Below, piece by piece: positions 9,447 to 19,000 of a DNA stretch of 64,000 nucleotides. The notes below the pieces were generated by a model that saw only the letters and a list, made by a program, of their open reading frames with translations, searched no databases and had not been told where the DNA came from. Positions within the stretch are counted from its first letter, which is position 1. The number at the start of each line of letters is the position of its first letter. The position numbers were made by a program, and so were the translations under genes. The stretch comes from an uncultured Gammaproteobacteria bacterium. GTDB lineage: Bacteria; Patescibacteriota; Microgenomatia; Levybacterales; UBA12049. The stretch is from positions 290,064-354,063 of the forward strand of contig CAZCYO010000001.1 in NCBI GenBank assembly GCA_964503265.1. Reading direction: 5' to 3'.

Positions 9447-10878
9447 TAAAAAGAACTAGTAAGTAATAGCTAATTCCTGGAATGCTTGTGTGAAGTACAT
9501 AGTTATAGATATAAGAATTAAGCTGGTCTTGCATGATCATTTTCCAATTTGCGAGATAATTTGATACAAGTCCTAGATTTCGTGCTTCAACAAATGGTGG
9601 AATAACATTAGTAGTAAGTGGTGCAAGTAATGATACTGCTGTACTATAGATAAAAACTACACTATAAAGAACTTTCATGAAAATATTAAGTGAGAAGCGT
9701 TGAAGGCCAATTCCTGCTAATATACACAATTCTGGTAAAACAGCAATCATATATCGAGAACCAAAAGCCCATCCACCATACGGATCTCCGAACATGGTAT
9801 AAAGAATTAAACAGGTAAGTGGTACAGCGACTAATCCTATCTCAACAAGCTTTCTTTTTTTATTAAGAATTCCGAGTCCGAGAACAGAAAGTAATACAAT
9901 AGGTGAGTAGACTAGTAGTCCACGATCATTACTAATTAAAAATGAATTAAAACCCTCGAGCATATTTCTTGTATTAAGAGCTTGTCCTGCATTTGCGTGT
10001 TTTTCAGCAACTGACAATGATTTAACTTTTAAATCTTTTACACGTGGAATTGAATTACTCAGCGTCGTCGCTTTACCGAAATTAACATAGTTATAATAAC
10101 CATATCCACACATGAGTGCGACAAACAGAAGTGGAGTAAACACATATGCCCAGTTTATAGAAAGTCTAATTCGTTTTTTTATCGTTTCCCACTGAATTCC
10201 CTGGAATGTAAGTAATACTGCGATTGGCATGAAGATAAATAAATTTGGAAAGTCGACGAATACGCCGGCTGCATAGCATAACCATACGAGGAGACCTTTT
10301 TGAACTGCATGTTTATTCTCCCAAAATAGTGTTAGATAGAGTGCCGAAAGAATAAAAAAAGAAGAAATTAAATGAGCATACAGAGTAACTGAATAACCCC
10401 ATGCATTTGTCGCAAATCCGAATGCTAACGCGCTAAATAGAGATGTTGACCAATGTAAATCTAATTTTTGTGTAAACTTAGCAATTAATAGTACTGTAAA
10501 TAATGCAAAAAGCGTAGAAACAGAGAAGGTAAACAACTGACTCATACCGAGTAATGATCCGAGCAAATAAAACGGAATCGCTAATAACGATGCTCCTATT
10601 GGGAAAAATGAAAAATAATGACCATTAATCTTCCCTATATCAGGTGTTCCCATTGATGCATAATGATCGATATTCACGGTGCGATAATCTACAACCGAAA
10701 GAATGAGTGCCCATCGTGAACGTTCTTGCGATGTTTCAAATGGTTTGCCACTTTTATTAAGCTGATATTCAATTTGTTTCGGAGTTGGATTACCCACGTT
10801 TCCTCGAAGTGTAAGACTGTAGAGAATGAGAGCAATAATCGTCAAAATAATATAAATATATTTATTCATATAACCCAT
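9376..10878 (-). CDS. Polytopic membrane protein, GT-C superfamily (PMT_2/ArnT-like) candidate glycosyltransferase
   Basis: 500 aa, multi-TM. First periplasmic loop with DHYASMG...FFPIGASLLAIPFYLLG in an ArnT/PMT-like arrangement, and a long C-terminal TM bundle. Confidence 0.4.
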   Translation of the reverse strand: MGYMNKYIYIILTIIALILYSLTLRGNVGNPTPKQIEYQLNKSGKPFETSQERSRWALILSVVDYRTVNIDHYASMGTPDIGKINGHYFSFFPIGASLLAIPFYLLGSLLGMSQLFTFSVSTLFALFTVLLIAKFTQKLDLHWSTSLFSALAFGFATNAWGYSVTLYAHLISSFFILSALYLTLFWENKHAVQKGLLVWLCYAAGVFVDFPNLFIFMPIAVLLTFQGIQWETIKKRIRLSINWAYVFTPLLFVALMCGYGYYNYVNFGKATTLSNSIPRVKDLKVKSLSVAEKHANAGQALNTRNMLEGFNSFLISNDRGLLVYSPIVLLSVLGLGILNKKRKLVEIGLVAVPLTCLILYTMFGDPYGGWAFGSRYMIAVLPELCILAGIGLQRFSLNIFMKVLYSVVFIYSTAVSLLAPLTTNVIPPFVEARNLGLVSNYLANWKMIMQDQLNSYIYNYVLHTSIPGISYYLLVLFIVLLVGLTTIWYPKKGRNEIYPA

Positions 10879-10890
10879 AGTATATCAGAT

Positions 10891-12744
10891 TTAGTTCAAT
10901 TTTACTAGTGTTTTCTTGTTTTTGCTATTTATTTTATTTCTATAGAGATCAGATAATAAAATTTTAATTGAAAAAGATACTGACTCTTTTACTATTAATG
11001 ACTTCATGAATAAATGCTCATAGTATGCTCCTATTGGAGATACTAATGTAGCGAATTCTGAGAGTGTTGTACTTCCTTCGATAGAAATTCGATTAATTTT
11101 ATATGGAAATCCATTTTTACTAACTGAACCTCCATTTACAGTAAATGCATGAGAAAAACCTGCTTTTTTAACAAAAGAAATAATTTTTTTTGAATACAGT
11201 CCGCGTGGATAAGCAAAATAGGTAATTTTCTGTCCAAGTTGTTTTTCTAAGTTATTTTTACTTGAAATGATTTCCTTTTCAAGTTCTCGATTTGAGGCTA
11301 AACGCATGTCACTGTGGGTTGCTGTGTGATATCCAATAGTTATATTATTATTAATAAGTTCTTTCATTTCTACTATAGAAACCATAGGTAAATCATTATC
11401 AAGTTGCTGTCTATTTGCATTAGTTGCATCACCTAGGACAAAAAGCGTTGCTGGCATTTTATATTTTTTTAAAATAGAGAATGCATCTGTATAAAAATTT
11501 TTATATCCGTCATCAAAAGTAAGAGCAATTGTATTTTTTTGTTTTGGATTGCTCGTGATTTCATCTAATGAAACAATATTTTTTGTCTTTTTTAGATAAC
11601 GTAATTGTTTTTCAAAATGTGTTGTTTGAATTGAAAATCTCCAAGTACTTTTTCCGACAGAGTGATAACAAAGAATTATAGGAGAGGAAGATATTATATT
11701 ACTTTTATTAAGTATGCCAAGAATTCTCAAACCTACTGCATGAATTCTCTCCACAACACTTATATGAGGAAGTAAATAATCTCTAACATCAGGAAGATAT
11801 CTTGTTAGATAATTTTCACCTGCTATATAGAATTTGTCGTCTTTTGAAGAAATAGCCATGATTTGAAGAGCATAAAAAATGCTTAATCCTATAAATTTTT
11901 TCTTATTTTTAATACCTGGAAGTAACTCATTAAGTAATGTATAAAACTCTTTACCTACGACAGGAAGATATGCCTTAGCGAGAATAGCAAGATCTGTCTC
12001 TTCATCTGCTAATACTGTTACTTCAGTGTCGATTAAATATATATTTTTTCCTGATGTAATAATATTTTCTGAATGAAGATCTCGATGTGCAATTACTAAA
12101 CTCCTTTTAGGTTGATGTACAAAAAGATACATGTTATAAAACGGCAAAATATATGATAAATATTTTTTAACTAAATGTGGTTGTCGAAGAATAAGCCGTA
12201 AAATACTTATATGAAATGAAACAAAAACATGAATCTTAGTTCTCATTGGTAATTGCATTTCCTTTACTTGCTTATTAGTAGATAACGCTCGAAGTTCTAA
12301 AATACATTTTTTCATTATGGAAACCTTATCTTGATTACTATGGCGCGCAATAGTATTGCCCATAAGGTAACTTGTAACAAATGCAGTGATTCCTTTATTT
12401 TCAATGATTCCAATTGGACTAGAAAATGAAAGCACGCTATTTTTATTGTTTTTTGTAATTGCGGAAAGTTTTTTTAAAATGTCATACTCTTTATAAAGTT
12501 GTTTATATGCTGAATTTTTAATTGAGTATCTAACATATTTAATAAATACGGATTCACCTTTTTTATTACTATATATCCCTGTTCCAGCCAAATTATCACT
12601 ATTTTGTTCTTTTATAACGTGCTTTAATTGATATCCTTTAAATGTTGGTACAGACTGAGCAATTTTATTATTAAAAATTTTATCGCTTAAATTAGATAGT
12701 ACCTCTAATAGATTGGAGGTGATAGAAGAAAATATGTTTGTCAT
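10891..12744 (-). CDS. Fusion protein: N-terminal protein-kinase-like/APH-like domain + C-terminal polysaccharide deacetylase (NodB) domain
   Basis: 617 aa. Catalytic-loop-like VIAHRDLHSENII followed by LIDTE (kinase-like fold). C-terminal ALTFDDGYKNFY...ATLFVLGD...GYHTATHSDM is a NodB homology domain with TFDDG and His motifs. Confidence 0.6.
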   Translation of the reverse strand: MTNIFSSITSNLLEVLSNLSDKIFNNKIAQSVPTFKGYQLKHVIKEQNSDNLAGTGIYSNKKGESVFIKYVRYSIKNSAYKQLYKEYDILKKLSAITKNNKNSVLSFSSPIGIIENKGITAFVTSYLMGNTIARHSNQDKVSIMKKCILELRALSTNKQVKEMQLPMRTKIHVFVSFHISILRLILRQPHLVKKYLSYILPFYNMYLFVHQPKRSLVIAHRDLHSENIITSGKNIYLIDTEVTVLADEETDLAILAKAYLPVVGKEFYTLLNELLPGIKNKKKFIGLSIFYALQIMAISSKDDKFYIAGENYLTRYLPDVRDYLLPHISVVERIHAVGLRILGILNKSNIISSSPIILCYHSVGKSTWRFSIQTTHFEKQLRYLKKTKNIVSLDEITSNPKQKNTIALTFDDGYKNFYTDAFSILKKYKMPATLFVLGDATNANRQQLDNDLPMVSIVEMKELINNNITIGYHTATHSDMRLASNRELEKEIISSKNNLEKQLGQKITYFAYPRGLYSKKIISFVKKAGFSHAFTVNGGSVSKNGFPYKINRISIEGSTTLSEFATLVSPIGAYYEHLFMKSLIVKESVSFSIKILLSDLYRNKINSKNKKTLVKLN

Positions 12745-12745
12745 A

Positions 12746-13633
12746 TTATTTAGTTGTCACTGCTGTATGCCAAGAAAGTTTATAATTTGTGGTAATAATT
12801 CGATATAACGGTTTACACAAAAAATTAATTGCTACAATTGTTGTTGTTTCTATGGGAAGGGTAATAAAGGAATGAGCAATAGCAGCAATATAAAAAGTAA
12901 CTGGTCTACTATATTCTTTTTCTACGAGTTCACCAAAATATTTATTTACATTTAAATCAACAGCAGTTGGATTAGATCGAAATAGTTGTTTCAGATAATC
13001 AGACAACTTTGTAGGCAATTTATAATAAACTATCGCGTTTCTGACATGCTTAAAAAGCAGACCTCTTTGAATACATGAGAAATAGATAAAGTCATCATCA
13101 TTAATAATATTTGGAATATGAATTGATTTAGCAAATGCAGTATTAACTAACACACATCCACCATTACACCCGAAGATGTTATTTCCTTGTTTAATCTTTT
13201 TTCGCGATTCATCAAATACTAAAAAAGTACTATATACTGCTCTTTGAAAAAATGAAATTGGTTTAATAGGACGAACATTTCCACCTATTACTGTATATTT
13301 ACCAACATATTTTATAAGGTTAGTAACTACGTTGTTACTTCCAAGTGTTATATCAGCATCGAGGAAAACTATGTTCTCACCAGTTGCATCTTTTATAATC
13401 TTATTGAGACCAAAACATTTTCCTTTTTGCTTTTTACCTTCAATAATAATTATTTTTTTATTACGAATTCTCTTAATTTCAGAAATTGTATTATCTACAC
13501 ACCCATCACAATAAATAACTATTTGTGATAGTGTCCATGATGTTTGTGATTGTTTTAATAGATCAGACAAAAGAGAATAAATATTCTTCCCTTCATTGTG
13601 GGCTGCAATGCCGATAGTTACTGTTTGTTTCAT
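12746..13633 (-). CDS. Glycosyltransferase family 2 (GT-A fold)
   Basis: 295 aa. N-terminal TIGIAAHNEG, IVIYCDGCVDNT, and an LDADI DxD motif. Confidence 0.7.
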   Translation of the reverse strand: MKQTVTIGIAAHNEGKNIYSLLSDLLKQSQTSWTLSQIVIYCDGCVDNTISEIKRIRNKKIIIIEGKKQKGKCFGLNKIIKDATGENIVFLDADITLGSNNVVTNLIKYVGKYTVIGGNVRPIKPISFFQRAVYSTFLVFDESRKKIKQGNNIFGCNGGCVLVNTAFAKSIHIPNIINDDDFIYFSCIQRGLLFKHVRNAIVYYKLPTKLSDYLKQLFRSNPTAVDLNVNKYFGELVEKEYSRPVTFYIAAIAHSFITLPIETTTIVAINFLCKPLYRIITTNYKLSWHTAVTTK

Positions 13634-13635
13634 AC

Positions 13636-14898
13636 TTATCGTGAAAATTGGATAAATGGAGTGTTTGTGCGTGAATACTTTACTGAAAAAGGCATATATG
13701 GAATAGTAATTTTTTTGAACTTTTTCTCTTGCTTTGTAATATCTTTTTTCATGATAAGAGCCATTGCATCTTGTACAGTAGTTGAAATGTACTGCATTTC
13801 TTTTTTAGTCATACCTGCATATAGCGGGAAACGAAGAAGTCTACTACTAGCGCTCTCTGTTACTTCTAAGTCAGATTTTTTATATCCTAGTTTTCGTCCC
13901 TGAGGAGCTGAATGAAGGGGAATATAATGGAAACTTGCAGCTACACCGTGAGAACGGCAGTAATCCATAACTTTATTTCGATCATCAGTATTATTAAATA
14001 ACACGAAGAAAATATGTCCGTTTCCACTAGCGAATTTTGGAAGTGATGGAATAGTAACTAATCCTTTTTTTGCAAAAGGCACCATGAGATTCTTATAAAA
14101 CGAGAAAATGGAAAGTCTCATTTTTGTTATCTCATCAACTTTCTCAAGTTGTGCATAGAGATATGCTGCTAGTAGATCTGATGGAAGATAACTAGATCCG
14201 ATATTTACCCATGTATATTTATCGACAACCCCACGAATGAAGTTGGTTCTGTTCGTTCCTTTTTCACGAATGATTTCTGCATCTTCAATGATCTTTTTAT
14301 TATTTCGATTAATAAGAAGTGCTCCACCCTCACCACAGGTAATATTTTTTGTATCATGGAATGAAAGACACCCGAAGTCGCCTATTGTTCCTAAATATTT
14401 CCCTTTATATTTAGATTCAATTGCTTGTGCTGCATCTTCAATCACAAATAATTTGTGTTTCTTCGCTAACTCCATAATAGGATCCATATCACATGCAACA
14501 CCAGCATAATGAACTACGATAATCGCTTTTGTTTTCTTCGTAATTTTTCGTCGGATATCTTCAGGATCGATATTTAATGTATCGGGTGTTACTTCAGAGA
14601 ACACTACTTTCAGTCCTTCTGAGAGTAAAATAGCATTAACGGTTGATGAAAATGTAAACGATGGAACGATGACTTCATCACCTGGTTTTAAATCACAGAG
14701 TCTTACTGCAAATTCAAGTGCCGTAGTACACGATGTTGTTAAAAAAACCTTTTCAACGTTGTATCGTTTTTCTAAGAATTCATGAACGAGTTTTGTATAT
14801 TTCCCATCTCCAGCTCCATCCATATTATTATCAATAATATCTTTAATATATGTAAGTTCTTTTCCAGTATGATAAGGTTTTGAGAATCGAATATTCAT
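13636..14898 (-). CDS. DegT/DnrJ/EryC1/StrS-family PLP-dependent sugar aminotransferase
   Basis: 420 aa. VIVPSFTFSSTVNAILL, DAAQA, and LSFHDTKNITCGEGGALL (PLP-lysine region), all characteristic of the DegT family. Confidence 0.85.
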   Translation of the reverse strand: MNIRFSKPYHTGKELTYIKDIIDNNMDGAGDGKYTKLVHEFLEKRYNVEKVFLTTSCTTALEFAVRLCDLKPGDEVIVPSFTFSSTVNAILLSEGLKVVFSEVTPDTLNIDPEDIRRKITKKTKAIIVVHYAGVACDMDPIMELAKKHKLFVIEDAAQAIESKYKGKYLGTIGDFGCLSFHDTKNITCGEGGALLINRNNKKIIEDAEIIREKGTNRTNFIRGVVDKYTWVNIGSSYLPSDLLAAYLYAQLEKVDEITKMRLSIFSFYKNLMVPFAKKGLVTIPSLPKFASGNGHIFFVLFNNTDDRNKVMDYCRSHGVAASFHYIPLHSAPQGRKLGYKKSDLEVTESASSRLLRFPLYAGMTKKEMQYISTTVQDAMALIMKKDITKQEKKFKKITIPYMPFSVKYSRTNTPFIQFSR

Positions 14899-14899
14899 G

Positions 14900-16006
14900 T
14901 TATTTTTGCTCCTTTTCTAAAATTTCTTTAAAGAATGTAATAAAGTCTTTTGCAACACTATCCCATGTGTATTGTTTTGCAAATTCTCGAGCATGTTGAC
15001 CAAGTGACTTAGCAACCACTGGATTTGCTGCTTTTACCATAAGTTTTGCGTATTCAGTTACGTTATATGGTTTTGCCTTTAATACACTTTTTGGATCTGT
15101 CCATGCTAATCCAGGGATCGTAAACCCAACCATGCCATTTCCAGATGCTAATGCTTCTAGTGAGAAAAGAGAAAATCCTTCATGTCGTGAAGGGAAAGTG
15201 ACAAATAATGCTTTACTGAGTACTTTTGCTTTTACATCTCCATATGTCGGCCCAATGAGTCTTACACTATCCGTTAATGAAAGTTTAGAAATTAATGTAG
15301 TAATTTTTTCTTTATCAGGACCATTTCCAGCGATTACTAATGGATAATTAATTTTGTTCTTAATTTGTTTATATGCCTGTAATAGTAAATCGATACCTTT
15401 TTGTCCCATATCTAATCGTCCTAGGTATAAAATATATTCAGGGGTACTTTTTTTAATGGTAAAGAATTCTTCTCCAACACCTTGAGGAACGATTTTTGCT
15501 GTAACAGTTTTATTTACCTTTTTCATCTTCTTTAGATTATCGATAGTAAAAGGAAGGAAATATTTATAAAATCGTAGTCCAAATTTTTCAATTCGATCTG
15601 TAGGTAAGTGATACAATGTCGCGAAACGCTCTGCTTCAAATGAGGTAGGGAGACCAACGACAGGGATTTTCGTGAATAATGGTGAGAAGAGGGTCGAAAT
15701 TGGAGCTGTAAAACACTCAACAATAATATCTCCTTGTAGTCGTAAAACGGCAAACGGAAGTGCAAGGATATAGGCAATATTATTAATTCTAATATTCGTT
15801 GTGCCAAGTCCTATATGTCGATAATTCATCCCATTTTCTTTACGGTCTTTATATCCCGGATATCTACTTGAGATAACATCGACTTTATGTCCTATTTTTG
15901 CAATTCGTTTTCCTACCTCAAGTGTAGCCCGAGCTTGTCCTGCCGCAAGAAGCGGATTTTTTATGTCATCAAAATCTAAAAATGTGATATGTAATTTCTT
16001 ATTCAT
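14900..16006 (-). CDS. Glycosyltransferase family 4 (GT-B)
   Basis: 368 aa. C-terminal PSRHEGFSLFSLEALASGNGMVG matches the GT4 E-x7-E region. Confidence 0.8.
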   Translation of the reverse strand: MNKKLHITFLDFDDIKNPLLAAGQARATLEVGKRIAKIGHKVDVISSRYPGYKDRKENGMNYRHIGLGTTNIRINNIAYILALPFAVLRLQGDIIVECFTAPISTLFSPLFTKIPVVGLPTSFEAERFATLYHLPTDRIEKFGLRFYKYFLPFTIDNLKKMKKVNKTVTAKIVPQGVGEEFFTIKKSTPEYILYLGRLDMGQKGIDLLLQAYKQIKNKINYPLVIAGNGPDKEKITTLISKLSLTDSVRLIGPTYGDVKAKVLSKALFVTFPSRHEGFSLFSLEALASGNGMVGFTIPGLAWTDPKSVLKAKPYNVTEYAKLMVKAANPVVAKSLGQHAREFAKQYTWDSVAKDFITFFKEILEKEQK

Positions 16007-16008
16007 AG

Positions 16009-19000
16009 TTATTTACTCGCAAGTGAAATAGCGCCTGTACTATTTGTGATTGTTTTGTCAATAATAAGTCGGTAGAACATATCTGCACTTGTTCCCCAAT
16101 TGAAATTTTGTGACCAGAAATACGCATTTTCAGATAATTGATTTCTGTATGCTTTATTTTTAATAACTTTCGTTAGCGCTACTTCAAGTTCAGAAATATC
16201 TCGAACTTTAACCAGTATTCCTGTTTCGTTATGAATGACTGAATCTTTAAGCCCACTGACGTTTGATGCAATAACAGGTGTGCCAGCAGCGTTCGCTTCA
16301 ATAACTGTAATACCCCAACCTTCAGCCATTGATGGCTGTACAACAACCCAACTTGTAGCAAGTAGTGTTGCTTTATTTTTTTCGGTTACTTTTCCATAAA
16401 ATGTGATTGCTGTTGTAAGACCTAATTTTTTAGTTAGTTTCATAAGTTTTTTCTTACTTTCTCCCTCTCCTATAATCGAGAACGTTGATTCTGGGAATTT
16501 AGCATGTATTTTTTGAAAAGCTTTAATGGCAACATCAATATTTTTATATGGCTTTAATCGTCCAATATATGTAATAGTTGGGTTTTTCGTTTTTTTCTTT
16601 CGAGTAAAAGTTGCATGATTAATTCCGTTATGGACGACTTGAATATCAGATGCTTTAGTAATTCCTAGTTTTGTTAATGCAGATTTTGAAGATTCAGAAA
16701 CTGTAATAACAGATTGGTTTCGATAAACGAATGGCATCACTGTTCCTTCTAAGAATCGAGCAATTGTAGAGAGAGGGAACATCAGATGTTCTCGGAACAC
16801 TTCCTGATGCACATGATGAACAAGGAGAAACGTCTTTTTACTCGTATAAAGAGGAGTAAAGAATGGAATTCCATTTTCACAATCAATGATAACGTCATAT
16901 TTGCCACGGAATTTTAAGACATAGTAAAGAAACGCCCACAGGTAAACCAGATACGCTCCACCTCTTCGAATAACTTCTACTCCATCAACCGTTTGTGTGC
17001 GTGAACTATGACCATCGTTTCCACAAAATAGTGTCACAGCGACATCATTTTTTACCCATCTTTTTGCAAGTTCTTGAATATATGTTTCAGCTCCGCCAGA
17101 CCATTTATGATGGGTATCTCTCCAATTAAAAATAAGAATGTGCGTTTTTCCTGATTCTGGTTGAATAGTAGATGTTCTTATAAATAATCCGAAAAAATCC
17201 GCAATAGCTCGTTCTATGTTTCTTACAAAATCAATATTAAGATGGAGAAGAATTGCTATAAAAAGATTAAGTCCTCCAACTACATACATTGCGAATACTA
17301 GAGAAAATACCGAAGAGTGATTAATGTAAACTAATCCGAATTGTAATAATGTCAGAAGAAAGCCTAGCGCCGAAAACATGTAAACTTTTTTTACAAGATA
17401 ATATGATGTATAAACTCTTGAGATAGTGAAACAGAACATAGCAAAAGCATAAAAGAGAATAAATGGAATAATAGCTTGAGATTTAGAACCTAATAAAAAT
17501 GGTAATGTAAATGGTGCTAAGACTCCAAAAAATAGAAAGCCAGCAAAAGCAAGAAGGATTGTTCCGAGAAGGATAAGTTGAAATGTTTTCTTTGGATTTG
17601 TATTTGCACCCTCATGACGACTTACGAGTGGTGTCACAAATTGTGTCGCTAAATTCCCTAAGAAATATATCATTTTTCCAGCTAACGCGAGCAGTGAGTA
17701 AATACCTGCATCAGTTTTAGTTAAAAAATGATTCGCGAGAATAATATCAAGACTTAAGAAGCTCATTGTGGAAAGTCCTGAAATTGCTGATGCAGTAAAA
17801 AATCGTCTTGAAATGTATGATATTTCTCTTTTTGTGGCTGTATGTTTTTTTGTTTCTTGATTACGCTTCACATAAATCCAAGCTATAAAGAACGAGCCGA
17901 CAGTCGAAAAAGGAATTGCAATATATGCATATTGTGAAAGATTGAAAGTAACTGCAGCAATAGCAATTGCAAGTTTAAGTATTGGTTCACTAATTGTAAC
18001 GATTGCCAAGGCGCTAAATAATAGCTTTCCTGATAAATATCCTGTATCAACGGCCGTAATGAATGAAGCAATAATATATGGAGCAAAGAGTAAGAAGGGA
18101 AGGATACTAGACGTGTGAAAATAATTACTTAAGAAAATAGATGAGGCACTCCATAATCCGGCAGTTACTAATCCTGCAATTAATGTCTTTTGTCGAAATT
18201 CTTTCCAAAAAGAAAAAGCAGCAGAGATGCCATATTTTCCGGCAAGAAATCCACTTCGATATTTCACAGTTGAACTTAATGCTGAAACAGGGATATTAAC
18301 GATATACAGAAAACTTCCGACTAAACTTACTTCTGCAAAATATTGGATATCAATGACACGTCCTAAATAAGCATTAAAAATGAAGTTAAGGATGTTACTA
18401 AATACGGCTGCTGCTATTAGTGCACCACCACTGACGTATGCGATTTTTATACGGCCAAATAATTCAGCAATTCTCGATGGTTTGGCAGGAACAAAAGGTG
18501 TTTCAACTTCCTCAACCACTTCTTCTTCAGTATCAGCTTTTTTCAAATGAAGTCCGTGAACTGTTTTTTCCCAATAGTGAGGTTTAAAAATGAGCTGTTG
18601 GAGTGCCATAAGCCCAGCGACACTGATGAGTAACCAGTAAAGTGGAATAAAAAACACATATTTTACGAGTTCGTAGTGTCCTCGTTTAATACAACCGATC
18701 ATATAATAATAAAGAAACAGGAAGTTACCAACGATAAGTGAGAACGCAGCCATATAAAAGATATATGAAGGATACAGTGATTCAATGGTCGGACCGACGA
18801 TTGCATAGAGTGTAAAGTACGAAATAGTAGCAAGCCAAAGTAATGGATTAATGAGAATAAAGGCAATTTTCCCACCAATAGTGAGATGGAAAAATAAATT
18901 ATGAATTTTCTGGTTTTTTATATCTTTGATAATTTCTCTGTTATGGACGAGGTAGGTTTGCATATATCCTTTGATCCATCGTGAACGCTGACGAATCCAG

